Assembly: GCA_027340875.1 (NCBI GenBank)
Contig: DAIENX010000002.1
Span: forward strand, 1 to 64,000
Reading direction: 5' to 3'
Source: Elusimicrobiota bacterium
GTDB taxonomy: Bacteria; Elusimicrobiota; Elusimicrobia; Elusimicrobiales; UBA9959
DNA: 64,000 bases
Under the pieces are notes generated by a model. It ran no database searches and had not been told where the DNA came from. It saw nothing but the letters and a program-made list of their open reading frames with translations. The position numbers and the translations under genes were made by a program. Positions 19,326-27,362 of this stretch are shown here, one piece after another. Within the stretch, counting starts at the first letter, position 1. Each line of letters begins with the position of its first letter.

Positions 19326-20631
19326 TACTTCCAGCAGGGAAGCGGCCGTGATAGGTGCCGGGGTCTCCGGCCTGCTCGCGGCCTATCACCTGCACCGCCG
19401 CGGCTACCGCGTGGAGCTGTTCGAGGCCGCCCCGCGCTCCGGCGGCATGATACAGACGGTGAAAACGCCCTACGGCATAGCCGAGAGCGCGGCTCACTCC
19501 TTCCTGGTCAGCAGGCCGGTGAAGGAGTTCTTCGAAGAGGTCGGCGTTAAGCTGGCCCCGCTGAACCCGGACTCCAAAGCCCGCTTCATCTTCAGGGGTG
19601 GCAAGCCGCGCAAGGTCCCTCTCACGGTTTTCGAGGGGGCGGCGGCGGTGCGCCGCGCGCTGTTCGCCGGCCGCCATCTCCCGAAGGGGCTTTCCTACGA
19701 GGACATGAGCGTGGAGGAGTGGGGAGAGCTCTTCCTCGGCCGTCCCGCGGTGGACTACCTGCTCTCGCCTTTCGTGCTGGGCGTCTACGGCTCCTTGCCG
19801 TCGCAGCTCTCGGTGCAGGCAGCCTTCCCGTCGCTGCCAGCGCCGGAGGGCCGCCCGCTGCTGGGGTCCCTGCTGGCGAAACGCAAGCTGAAGAAGCCCG
19901 GGGCCGCCGCGGAGCCTCCCGGCCCGAAGCACCGCACCACGATGATGAGCCCGCTGGGCGGCATAGGCTCGCTGACGCAGAGGCTCGACGAGATACTTAC
20001 CGCGGAGCTGGGGGCGCGCTTCCACAAGAACTGCCCGGTGGACAAGCTGCCGGACGTCCCCAACCTGCTCGTCTGCACCGATCCGCGTTCCGCCGGCCGC
20101 CTGCTGAGGAAGGAAAGTTCGGAGCTGGCGGAGAAGCTGGAGGCCGCGGAGTTCAGCAGCATAGTGAGCGTCACCGCGGTCCTCGACCGCGCGAAGTTCC
20201 GCCGCCCCGTGAAAGGCGTGGGCGTGCTGGTGCCTCCGGTAGAGAAAGGTCCCTGCCTTGGCATACTTTTCAATTCCAGCTCCTTCAAGGGGCGGGTGCT
20301 GGACGAGGGACGCCACGCCTCTTTCACAGTGATGCTGGGCGGCGCCGTGGACCCCGGCTTCGTCGGCGCTTCCGACGCGGCGGTGCGCGAGGCCGTGATG
20401 CGCAGCGCGCGCCAGCTGCTCGGTTATGAAGGGGAGCCGGTACATTTGCAGGTGTTCCGCTGGGAGCGGGCCATACCCGTCTACAGCCCGGCCCTGCTCA
20501 AGACCTGGAAGCTCGCGGAGCGCACCTGGTGCTCCGCGCCCGGCAGGGTGCTCTTCGGCAACTACAGCGCGCAGGTCAGCCTGCGCGGCCTGGTGGAGGG
20601 CAGCCGGGAACTGCCGCCCCCGCTGCCCTGA
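19309..20631 (+). CDS. hemY: FAD-dependent protoporphyrinogen oxidase (HemY/HemG type)
   Basis: VIGAGVSGL FAD motif; GG-I-T; RWERAIPVY; GNY; last gene of the hem operon. Confidence 0.82.
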   Translation: MIGKLDTSSREAAVIGAGVSGLLAAYHLHRRGYRVELFEAAPRSGGMIQTVKTPYGIAESAAHSFLVSRPVKEFFEEVGVKLAPLNPDSKARFIFRGGKPRKVPLTVFEGAAAVRRALFAGRHLPKGLSYEDMSVEEWGELFLGRPAVDYLLSPFVLGVYGSLPSQLSVQAAFPSLPAPEGRPLLGSLLAKRKLKKPGAAAEPPGPKHRTTMMSPLGGIGSLTQRLDEILTAELGARFHKNCPVDKLPDVPNLLVCTDPRSAGRLLRKESSELAEKLEAAEFSSIVSVTAVLDRAKFRRPVKGVGVLVPPVEKGPCLGILFNSSSFKGRVLDEGRHASFTVMLGGAVDPGFVGASDAAVREAVMRSARQLLGYEGEPVHLQVFRWERAIPVYSPALLKTWKLAERTWCSAPGRVLFGNYSAQVSLRGLVEGSRELPPPLP

Positions 20632-20638
20632 GCTACGA

Positions 20639-20808
20639 CTAATCAATCTAATTATGTGCGTCTGGCAGCGGCTTGGCTCGGAAGGCCCTCGCGCAGGCCT
20701 GAGCTTGCGAAGCGCGAAGGCCGAGCGGGAGCGCGGCCACGGTGTGGCCGATAGCGTGCCTGACGAGACAAGCCGGTGACAGGCGCCGCGCACATTGAGG
20801 CGATTTAG
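20639..20808. other. Structured intergenic element (long imperfect inverted repeat; MITE-like or ncRNA)
   Basis: GTCTGGCAGCGGCTTGGCTCG pairs imperfectly with CGAGACAAGCCGGTGACAGGC; outer ATGTGCG/CGCACAT; internal hairpins. Confidence 0.4.
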
Positions 20809-20834
20809 ACCGGGGAAGTTTATATAATTTATCT

Positions 20835-21098
20835 ATGCATAACCGCATAAAGAGCCTGGAAGCGCTGGTGAACGAGGCCATGTCGCGCCTCTCCGCGCTC
20901 ACCGAGGAGAATGCCATGCTGAAGAAGCAGGTGGAGATGCTCGGCGCGGCCCGCAGCAAGGCCGCCGCCAGCGGCGCCGCCGGCAGGGAGCTGGCCGAGT
21001 TGAAGGCCAGGGTACGCCGCAGGCTGGAGCGGATATGCGACAAGATAGAGCGGGCCGGCGAAGGGCAGCCCGGTCTTTTCGACGAGGACGAGGAGTAA
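20835..21098 (+). CDS. Short coiled-coil protein, ZapB-like
   Basis: LEALVNEAMSRLSALTEENAMLK coiled coil, directly upstream of zapA. Confidence 0.65.
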   Translation: MHNRIKSLEALVNEAMSRLSALTEENAMLKKQVEMLGAARSKAAASGAAGRELAELKARVRRRLERICDKIERAGEGQPGLFDEDEE

Positions 21099-21101
21099 GC
21101 C

Positions 21102-21416
21102 ATGCCATCAGGCGGAGATTTCGAGGCCAGGATCTGCAACCGCAACATGAAGTTCCCCGCGGTGGACGGCCTCACGCAGATAGAACAGAGCTCCATCGTA
21201 GGCCAGGTGGAGGAGAAGATCAAGAGCATCGAGGCCAGGATGAAGATCGCCGACTCCTCCAAGCTGGCCATCCTCGCCGCCTACGATTTCGCGGTAGAGC
21301 TTTACAACCTGCGCCAGCGCTCCGAGACCAACCTCACCGCTGACTCCAAGAAGATAGACGAGATGGTGGAAAAGCTCAAAAAGACGCTGGGCGACGCCCA
21401 GGAGAAGGGAGAGTAG
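21102..21416 (+). CDS. zapA: Cell division protein ZapA
   Basis: VEEKIKSI...DSSKLAILAA...ELYNL pattern; about 100 aa. Confidence 0.75.
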   Translation: MPSGGDFEARICNRNMKFPAVDGLTQIEQSSIVGQVEEKIKSIEARMKIADSSKLAILAAYDFAVELYNLRQRSETNLTADSKKIDEMVEKLKKTLGDAQEKGE

Positions 21417-21424
21417 GGTACCGC

Positions 21425-22756
21425 ATGTCAGGAGACCTCTTCGAGGAGAACTCTCCCGTCCAGGAACCCGAGGGAGGGCCGGCCTATTCCCCGCTGGCCG
21501 CGCGCCTCGCCCCTAAAGAGCTGGACGAGTTCGCGGGCCAGGAGGAGATCCTCGGTCCGGGCAAGCTGCTGCGCCGCGCTATAGAAGCGGACAACCTCAA
21601 GTCCGCGGTGTTCTTCGGCCCGCCCGGCTGCGGCAAGACCGCCCTGGCCCGCTACGTGGCCTCCCGCGCCAACGCCAAGGTGTTCGAGCTGAACGCCGTG
21701 CTGGCCGGCGTGCCGGACCTCCGGAAAATTATCGAGTATTCCAAGGGGCTCGGCTCCGGCCTGGCCGCGCGGCAGCGCGTGCTGCTGGTGCTCGACGAGA
21801 TACACCATTTCAACCGCACGCAGCAGGACGTGCTGCTGCCCAGCGTGGAGAAGGGGGAGATCATCCTGATAGGGATGACCACCGAGAACCCGTTCTTCTA
21901 CATCAACCAGGCGCTGCTGTCGCGCTTCATCGTGGTGGAGTTCAAGCCGCTCTCTACGGCGCACCTGTCGGACATCTTCGACAGGGCGCTCACGCACGAG
22001 GAGGGCCTGAAGGCCCTGAAGCCGGAGGCGACACCGGAGGCGAAGAAGTACCTGGTGGAGAACTCCTCCGGAGACGCGCGGCGCCTCCTGAACGCGCTGG
22101 AGCTGGCCGCAGTCACGACCAAGCCCGGCAAGGGCGGGGTCAGGAAGATAGACGAGGCCGTCGCGCGCGAATCCATCCAGCGCAGGAGCCTCCGCTACGA
22201 CCGCAGCTCCGACGAGCATTACGACCATATCTCCGCCTTCATCAAGAGCATGCGCGGCTCGGACCCGGACGCCGCGGTCTATTGGCTGGCCAAGATGCTG
22301 GAGGCCGGCGAGGACCCGAGGTTCGTCGCGCGCCGTATTTTGATCTGCGCCTCAGAGGACGTCGGCAACGCCAACCCGATGGCCCTCGTAATGGCGCAGA
22401 GCGCCTTCAACGCGGCCGAGGTGCTGGGTATGCCGGAGGCGCGCATCATACTGGCGCAGGCGGCCATTTACGTGGCCTGCTCGCCAAAGTCCAACGCCTC
22501 TTATACGGCCGTCAGCGCGGCGCAGGACGAGGTCAGGAACGGGGTCGAGCGCGCGGTGCCGATGCACCTGCGCGACGCCAGCAAGGACGGCGACGCCCTC
22601 GGTCACGGCAAGGGCTACAAGTACCCGCACAGCTTCGAAGGACATTACGTCAAGCAGGAGTACATGCCCGACCCCAAGACCTTCTACGAGCCGTCCGACC
22701 AGGGCTTCGAGATAGAGATCGGCAAGCGCCTTAAACGTCTGCGGGGGCAGAAGTGA
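21425..22756 (+). CDS. rarA: Replication-associated recombination protein A (AAA+ ATPase)
   Basis: GPPGCGKT, DEIHHFN, TTENP, HYDHISAFIKSMRGSD, ASEDVGNA, GYKYPH. Confidence 0.95.
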   Translation: MSGDLFEENSPVQEPEGGPAYSPLAARLAPKELDEFAGQEEILGPGKLLRRAIEADNLKSAVFFGPPGCGKTALARYVASRANAKVFELNAVLAGVPDLRKIIEYSKGLGSGLAARQRVLLVLDEIHHFNRTQQDVLLPSVEKGEIILIGMTTENPFFYINQALLSRFIVVEFKPLSTAHLSDIFDRALTHEEGLKALKPEATPEAKKYLVENSSGDARRLLNALELAAVTTKPGKGGVRKIDEAVARESIQRRSLRYDRSSDEHYDHISAFIKSMRGSDPDAAVYWLAKMLEAGEDPRFVARRILICASEDVGNANPMALVMAQSAFNAAEVLGMPEARIILAQAAIYVACSPKSNASYTAVSAAQDEVRNGVERAVPMHLRDASKDGDALGHGKGYKYPHSFEGHYVKQEYMPDPKTFYEPSDQGFEIEIGKRLKRLRGQK

Positions 22757-24033
22757 GCGCACCGAAGATCTATACCGTCACCGAGCTCAGCCAGGGCATA
22801 AAGTCCCTGCTCGAGAGCAATTTCCGCGAGCTCTGGGTGGAGGGGGAGATCTCCGGACTGAAGGTCTCGTCGCTGGGACATATCTACTTCGACCTGAAGG
22901 ACGCCGGCTCCAACATCTCCGGTGTGCTGTTCCGCGGCTTCGCGCAGGGGCTCAAGTTCGAGCTGGCCAACGGCCTGCTGGTGCGCGTGCGCGGCAATAT
23001 CACCACCTACGATCGCCAGAGCAAGTACCAGCTGATGGCCAAGGCCATAGAGCCCGCCGGCATAGGCCCGCTGCAGCTGGCCTTCGAACAGCTGAAGAAA
23101 AAACTCGCCGCGGAAGGCCTGTTCGATCCTTCCCGCAAGCGGCCGATACCGGCCCTGCCGCAGCAGATAGGCGTGGTCACCTCCCCGACCGGAGCGGCCA
23201 TACGCGACATCCTCTCCGTGCTCAAGCGCCGCTATGCCAACATGCACATAGTGATAGCCCCGGCCAAGGTGCAGGGCGACGGCTCCAAAGAGGAGATAGC
23301 CCAGGCTATAAGGGACCTCAACGACAATTTTCCGGACATGGACGTGATGTTGGTGGGGCGCGGCGGCGGTTCCATGGAGGACCTCTGGGCCTTCAACGAG
23401 GAGATCGTCGCCCGCGCTATAGCCGGCTCGCGGATACCCGTGATCTCCTGCGTCGGCCACGAGACCGATTTCACCATAGCCGACTTCGTCGCGGACCTGC
23501 GCGCGCCGACCCCTTCCGCCGCGGCCGAGGTGGTGGTGAAGAGCAAAGAGGAGCTGGGGTCGCACATAGCGCAGCTCGAAAAACGCCTGCTGCAGAGCCT
23601 GCGCATCTACTACGAGAACCTGCGCGGCAGGTTCCTGCGCCTGGCCGGCAGCCGTATGCTTACCAACCCGCTGACGCTGCTGGAGCGGCCGCTGCAGCGG
23701 CTGGACCAGGCGGTCGAAGGGCTGTTCGACGCGTCCGGCGAGAAGCTGCGCCGCGCCGGGGAGCGGCTCAACCTCAATTCGGAGAAGCTCAAGGCGCTCA
23801 GCCCGCTGTTCCCGCTCAGGAAGGGCTACGCCATAGTGAAGGACGGCAAGGGTAAGGCGGTCAAATCCGCGGCGGCGCTGGCGCCCGGGGACAGGTTGAA
23901 CCTGCAGTTCGCCGAGGGACGCGCCGACGCCGAGGTGCTCAAGGCCTATGGCGGCGCGGCGGAGGAGAATCCGTCGCCGAAGAAGAAGCAGGCGGAGCCG
24001 AAAGGCGGCCCGCAACAGGAGACTTTATGGTGA
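22753..24033 (+). CDS. xseA: Exodeoxyribonuclease VII large subunit
   Basis: WVEGEIS, GHIYFDLKD, TSPTGAAIRD, GRGGGSMEDLWAFN, GHETD, APTPSAAAE. Confidence 0.95.
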   Translation: MSAPKIYTVTELSQGIKSLLESNFRELWVEGEISGLKVSSLGHIYFDLKDAGSNISGVLFRGFAQGLKFELANGLLVRVRGNITTYDRQSKYQLMAKAIEPAGIGPLQLAFEQLKKKLAAEGLFDPSRKRPIPALPQQIGVVTSPTGAAIRDILSVLKRRYANMHIVIAPAKVQGDGSKEEIAQAIRDLNDNFPDMDVMLVGRGGGSMEDLWAFNEEIVARAIAGSRIPVISCVGHETDFTIADFVADLRAPTPSAAAEVVVKSKEELGSHIAQLEKRLLQSLRIYYENLRGRFLRLAGSRMLTNPLTLLERPLQRLDQAVEGLFDASGEKLRRAGERLNLNSEKLKALSPLFPLRKGYAIVKDGKGKAVKSAAALAPGDRLNLQFAEGRADAEVLKAYGGAAEENPSPKKKQAEPKGGPQQETLW

Positions 24034-24269
24034 AAAAAACGGAAAAGGGCGGCTTCGAGGAGAAGCTGGCCAAGCTGGAAGAGATAGTGGGCAAGCTGGA
24101 GGACGAGGGCACTCCTATAGAGGAGTCGCTGACGCTCTTCGAGGAGGGCGTGGCCATTTCCAAGGAGCTTTCGGTGAAGCTCGAGGAAGTCAAGCGCAAG
24201 ATAGAGGTCCTCAAGAAGGACGCCGAGGGCAAGCTGAAGCTGGAGAAGTTCGAGGACGAGCCGCAGTAG
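24027..24269 (+). CDS. xseB: Exodeoxyribonuclease VII small subunit
   Basis: FEEKLAKLEEIVGKLE...IEESLTLFEEG. Confidence 0.93.
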   Translation: MVKKTEKGGFEEKLAKLEEIVGKLEDEGTPIEESLTLFEEGVAISKELSVKLEEVKRKIEVLKKDAEGKLKLEKFEDEPQ

Positions 24270-24280
24270 AATAGACCGTC

Positions 24281-24853
24281 ATGACCGCAGATCGCTTGGA
24301 CCATCTTATAGGCACCGCTGCCGGCTTCGGCGTGGCCGCGTTCTTCATCTACCGACGCTTCCGCAGGAACTTCGGCCGCCAGCGGCTCAAGCGCGGCACC
24401 CTGAAGCTGCGCGTAGCTATCTTCTGCTCGGCGGGCCTGCTGATACTGGCGTCGACCCTGCATTCCATCGCGGCTGCGCTGGCCGCCCTTGCCGGTCTGG
24501 GCGCGGGCCTTGGCATAGCTTTCGCGGCCGCGCGGCATACGCGTTTCGAGGAGCGCGACGGCGAGCTTTATTATGTCCCGCATACCTATGCCGGGTTGGC
24601 CGTCTCCGCCCTGTTCCTGGGGCGCCTGCTCTATCGCCTGGTGTCCGGACTTTCCGCGCCGGCCCCGTCGTCGGCGGTCCTGTACAAAACAAGCGCCTTC
24701 GGTTCCGTCGCCTTCAATCCGGCCACGATGGCCATCTTCTTCATCCTGGTCGGCTATTATGTCTATTTCTACAGTTACCTTCTGCTCCGTTCCGGCCGCC
24801 TGACGGCCGAGGACCTGGAAAGCCGCGCTGCTGCGGGAGGGAAGGGGATATGA
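24281..24853 (+). CDS. Membrane protein, CcdC/DUF1453-like
   Basis: Several TM helices; YRRFRR; TRFE...YYVPH...LFLGRLLYR. Confidence 0.6.
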   Translation: MTADRLDHLIGTAAGFGVAAFFIYRRFRRNFGRQRLKRGTLKLRVAIFCSAGLLILASTLHSIAAALAALAGLGAGLGIAFAAARHTRFEERDGELYYVPHTYAGLAVSALFLGRLLYRLVSGLSAPAPSSAVLYKTSAFGSVAFNPATMAIFFILVGYYVYFYSYLLLRSGRLTAEDLESRAAAGGKGI

Positions 24854-25404
24854 GATACTGGGCTTATATCAATAGCGAGATCAGGGGGCCTTTCGGGAAG
24901 GAGGCGCTGGTCTCCATGAAGGAATTCTCCGGGTCGCTTCTGCTCTGCCCGGAGGGCGGGCAGAGCGGCCAGACGGCCGACTGGAAGCCGGCCTCCTCTT
25001 TCCCGGAAGTGATGTCCGCGAAGCCGGAAGCGCCCGCCGCGGCGCCGCAGGTACCGAAGCCCGCCGCGCCGGGGGCCGAGTCACCACTGGCGCTGACCAT
25101 GCGCGGCTCCCTGATACTGGACCCTGAGATAGAGCAGGCCGCGATAAAGCCCGCGTCCGCTTCCCCTGCCCCCGCCCCCGCGGCCACCGTTGCCGTGAAC
25201 AGGAGCGTATTCGAAGCGCCCGCTAAGAGCGCCGGCGGCGCGGCCCAGCCCGAGCTGCTCGCCGGCAAGCTGGACCAGATAGGCGCCATGCTGCTTTCCG
25301 TTTCCAACGGCCAGACCCAGCTGCTGAGCAGGATGACCAAGCTCGAGACCGAGCTGGCCGCCCTCAAGGCACTCATAGTCCCGCCGCCGCCCAAACAGCC
25401 TTAA
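24850..25404 (+). CDS. Protein with N-terminal GYF_2 (DUF4339)-like domain, Pro/Ala linker and C-terminal coiled coil
   Basis: YWAY...GPF...WKPASSFPE. Confidence 0.6.
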   Translation: MRYWAYINSEIRGPFGKEALVSMKEFSGSLLLCPEGGQSGQTADWKPASSFPEVMSAKPEAPAAAPQVPKPAAPGAESPLALTMRGSLILDPEIEQAAIKPASASPAPAPAATVAVNRSVFEAPAKSAGGAAQPELLAGKLDQIGAMLLSVSNGQTQLLSRMTKLETELAALKALIVPPPPKQP

Positions 25405-25565
25405 TCCCGCCGACTTTTGCCTTCCGGTCTAGCCTTTTCAGTCTATTGCAAGACCGGTCTTTCCATTTTGTAGGATAAGGACAGGGGGATAGCTTCACGG
25501 TCCAGTTCATCGGCCGCGCCGAGGGGCGCGGGGCCGCACTGTCCCCGTCAATCAAAGGGGGGAAA

Positions 25566-26204
25566 ATGAACAAGAACATGAGAGTAACGACGAAGGCCAG
25601 GCACGCCTATACGCAGGCGTACGCCAACTACCTGCGCAGCGGGAACCTGGAGGAGGCCACGCGGCAGGTGGCGCAGGAGATTTACGAGCACAGGGGCAAG
25701 GCCCCCGGCACTCCGGACGGAGACTGGGCGGAAGCCGCTAGGATAACGGCCGAATGGCCGGAGACGATAACGGAGGCCTCGGAGTCGCACCTGTTCGACA
25801 AGGCGCTGGCGAAGACGCGCGCCTGGCTGAAGGACGTGGAAACGGAGCTGGACTACACCAATCCGAACGACGCCTACCGCGCCCTGCGCGCCGTTCTGCA
25901 CGCCATCCGCGACAGGCTGCCGGTGCAGGAGTGCGCCGAGTTCGCCTCGCAGATGCCGGTGTTGATAGCCGGCATGTATTACAGCGGCTGGACCCCGGCC
26001 AACAAGCCGGAGAAGCTGCGCACCGAGACGGAGTTCTTCGGGAAGGTGGGCGCCGCGCTGCCGCCCGGGGCGGACCCGGAGCGCGTTACCAGGGGCGTAA
26101 TAGCCGTCCTGCAGAAGCATATCTCCCCGGGGGAGATGAAGGACGTGAAGAGGAACTTTCCCGAGCGCCTGCGGTACCTCTGGGAGACCGAGGGAACGCA
26201 CTGA
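25566..26204 (+). CDS. DUF2934-like + DUF2267 domain protein
   Basis: AQEIYEHRG...DWAEA; then WLKDV...AYRALRAVLHAIRDRL...SQMP...YYSGW. Confidence 0.7.
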   Translation: MNKNMRVTTKARHAYTQAYANYLRSGNLEEATRQVAQEIYEHRGKAPGTPDGDWAEAARITAEWPETITEASESHLFDKALAKTRAWLKDVETELDYTNPNDAYRALRAVLHAIRDRLPVQECAEFASQMPVLIAGMYYSGWTPANKPEKLRTETEFFGKVGAALPPGADPERVTRGVIAVLQKHISPGEMKDVKRNFPERLRYLWETEGTH

Positions 26205-26249
26205 GCCGGGAGGCGGGGCCGCTCCCGCCGCGGTGAGCGGGGGGAGCGG

Positions 26250-26963
26250 TCAGGCCTTGAGCAGCGGGAGCACGGCCTTCTCCAGGTCGCGCGCGAAGGC
26301 GGTGTTCAGCAGGTCGGCCGGCCTGCCGAGGGCCGTTTCCAACCCGTCGTCGAACCGGATGCCCGGGGAGGAGCCGGCGCGGCCGGAGCGGCCGCGCATG
26401 TTCTCCACCACGCCCAGCAGCGGTACCCCCAGCCTGCGGTAGAGCTCCAGCGAGCGCTCCAATACCGACCTGGCCATAACCGACGGGGTCGTCACCGCCA
26501 GCACCTCGGCCTTGGGCAGCAGCCTTATGGCGTCGAGCGCGGTGTCGTTTATGCCGGGGGGCATGTCCACCACCAGGAAATCAAGGTCGCCCCACAGGGT
26601 GACCGCCAGCATCTCCACCACCGCGCCGGAGATATCGGCGCCGCGCAGCGGCACCGCCCTGCCCGAAGAGAAGAAAGAGACCGACATGAACCTTACGCCG
26701 GACACCTCCGGCGGAAGAAGGCCCATCTCCTCCTCCGGGTAGGCGCCGTCGGCGCCCAGGGCCACGTGGGCTGACGCCCCGCAGAAGTCCAGGTCGGCCA
26801 GACCGGTCCTGTAGCCTTTCTTCGCCAGCAGCAGGGCCAGCGTGGAGGCCGTGACGCTCTTGCCTATGCCGCCTTTCCAGCCGGTGACGGCGATGACGCG
26901 CTTCACCCTGGCCAGCCTGTCTCCTATGACCGAGGGCCTCGGGTCTATCCTCGTCGGGGTCAT
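26250..26963 (-). CDS. hypB: Mrp/MinD-family ATPase; probable ATPase-type HypB nickel-insertion protein
   Basis: IDPR N-terminus; deviant Walker A KGGIGKS; DLDFCGAS; PLRG; WGDLDFLVVDMPPG; VVENM; overlaps the hypA stop; start placed at MTPTRIDPR. Confidence 0.75.
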   Translation of the reverse strand: MTPTRIDPRPSVIGDRLARVKRVIAVTGWKGGIGKSVTASTLALLLAKKGYRTGLADLDFCGASAHVALGADGAYPEEEMGLLPPEVSGVRFMSVSFFSSGRAVPLRGADISGAVVEMLAVTLWGDLDFLVVDMPPGINDTALDAIRLLPKAEVLAVTTPSVMARSVLERSLELYRRLGVPLLGVVENMRGRSGRAGSSPGIRFDDGLETALGRPADLLNTAFARDLEKAVLPLLKA

Positions 26964-27361
26964 TTTTCCCCCTTGAGGTATTTGATGTAGACGCCGCGGC
27001 CCGACTTCACCTCGAAGTCGGGGCTCGCGCAGGCGGGGCAGGCCAGGAAGGCGTGAGCGAGCTCCGGTATGAAATGGATGTTCTCGCCTTCCTCGTCGGT
27101 CTTCTTCAGGTGCTCCAGCGTGAAGTCCTTGCCGCAGGCGCGGCACCCGAAGGCGGCGGCTTCCTCTATGAGCTTGAAGCTGCAGGCGGGCGGCGGCGTG
27201 TCCTTGAGCAGCTCGCGCAGCGCCGTGGAGAAGATGTCCCTGTCTATGGCCTGCAGTTCGCCCAGCACCACGCCTATCTCCGAGAGTCTGCGGATCTTCT
27301 CCGAGGCCGCGTGCTTGTTAGCGGATTTTACCACCGATTCGGCTAGAGCCCATTCGTGCAT
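26960..27361 (-). CDS. hypA: Hydrogenase nickel metallochaperone HypA
   Basis: MHE Ni-binding N-terminus; GEL; two CxxC motifs; IHFIPELAHAFLACPAC insert. Confidence 0.92.
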   Translation of the reverse strand: MHEWALAESVVKSANKHAASEKIRRLSEIGVVLGELQAIDRDIFSTALRELLKDTPPPACSFKLIEEAAAFGCRACGKDFTLEHLKKTDEEGENIHFIPELAHAFLACPACASPDFEVKSGRGVYIKYLKGEK

Positions 27362-27362
27362 A

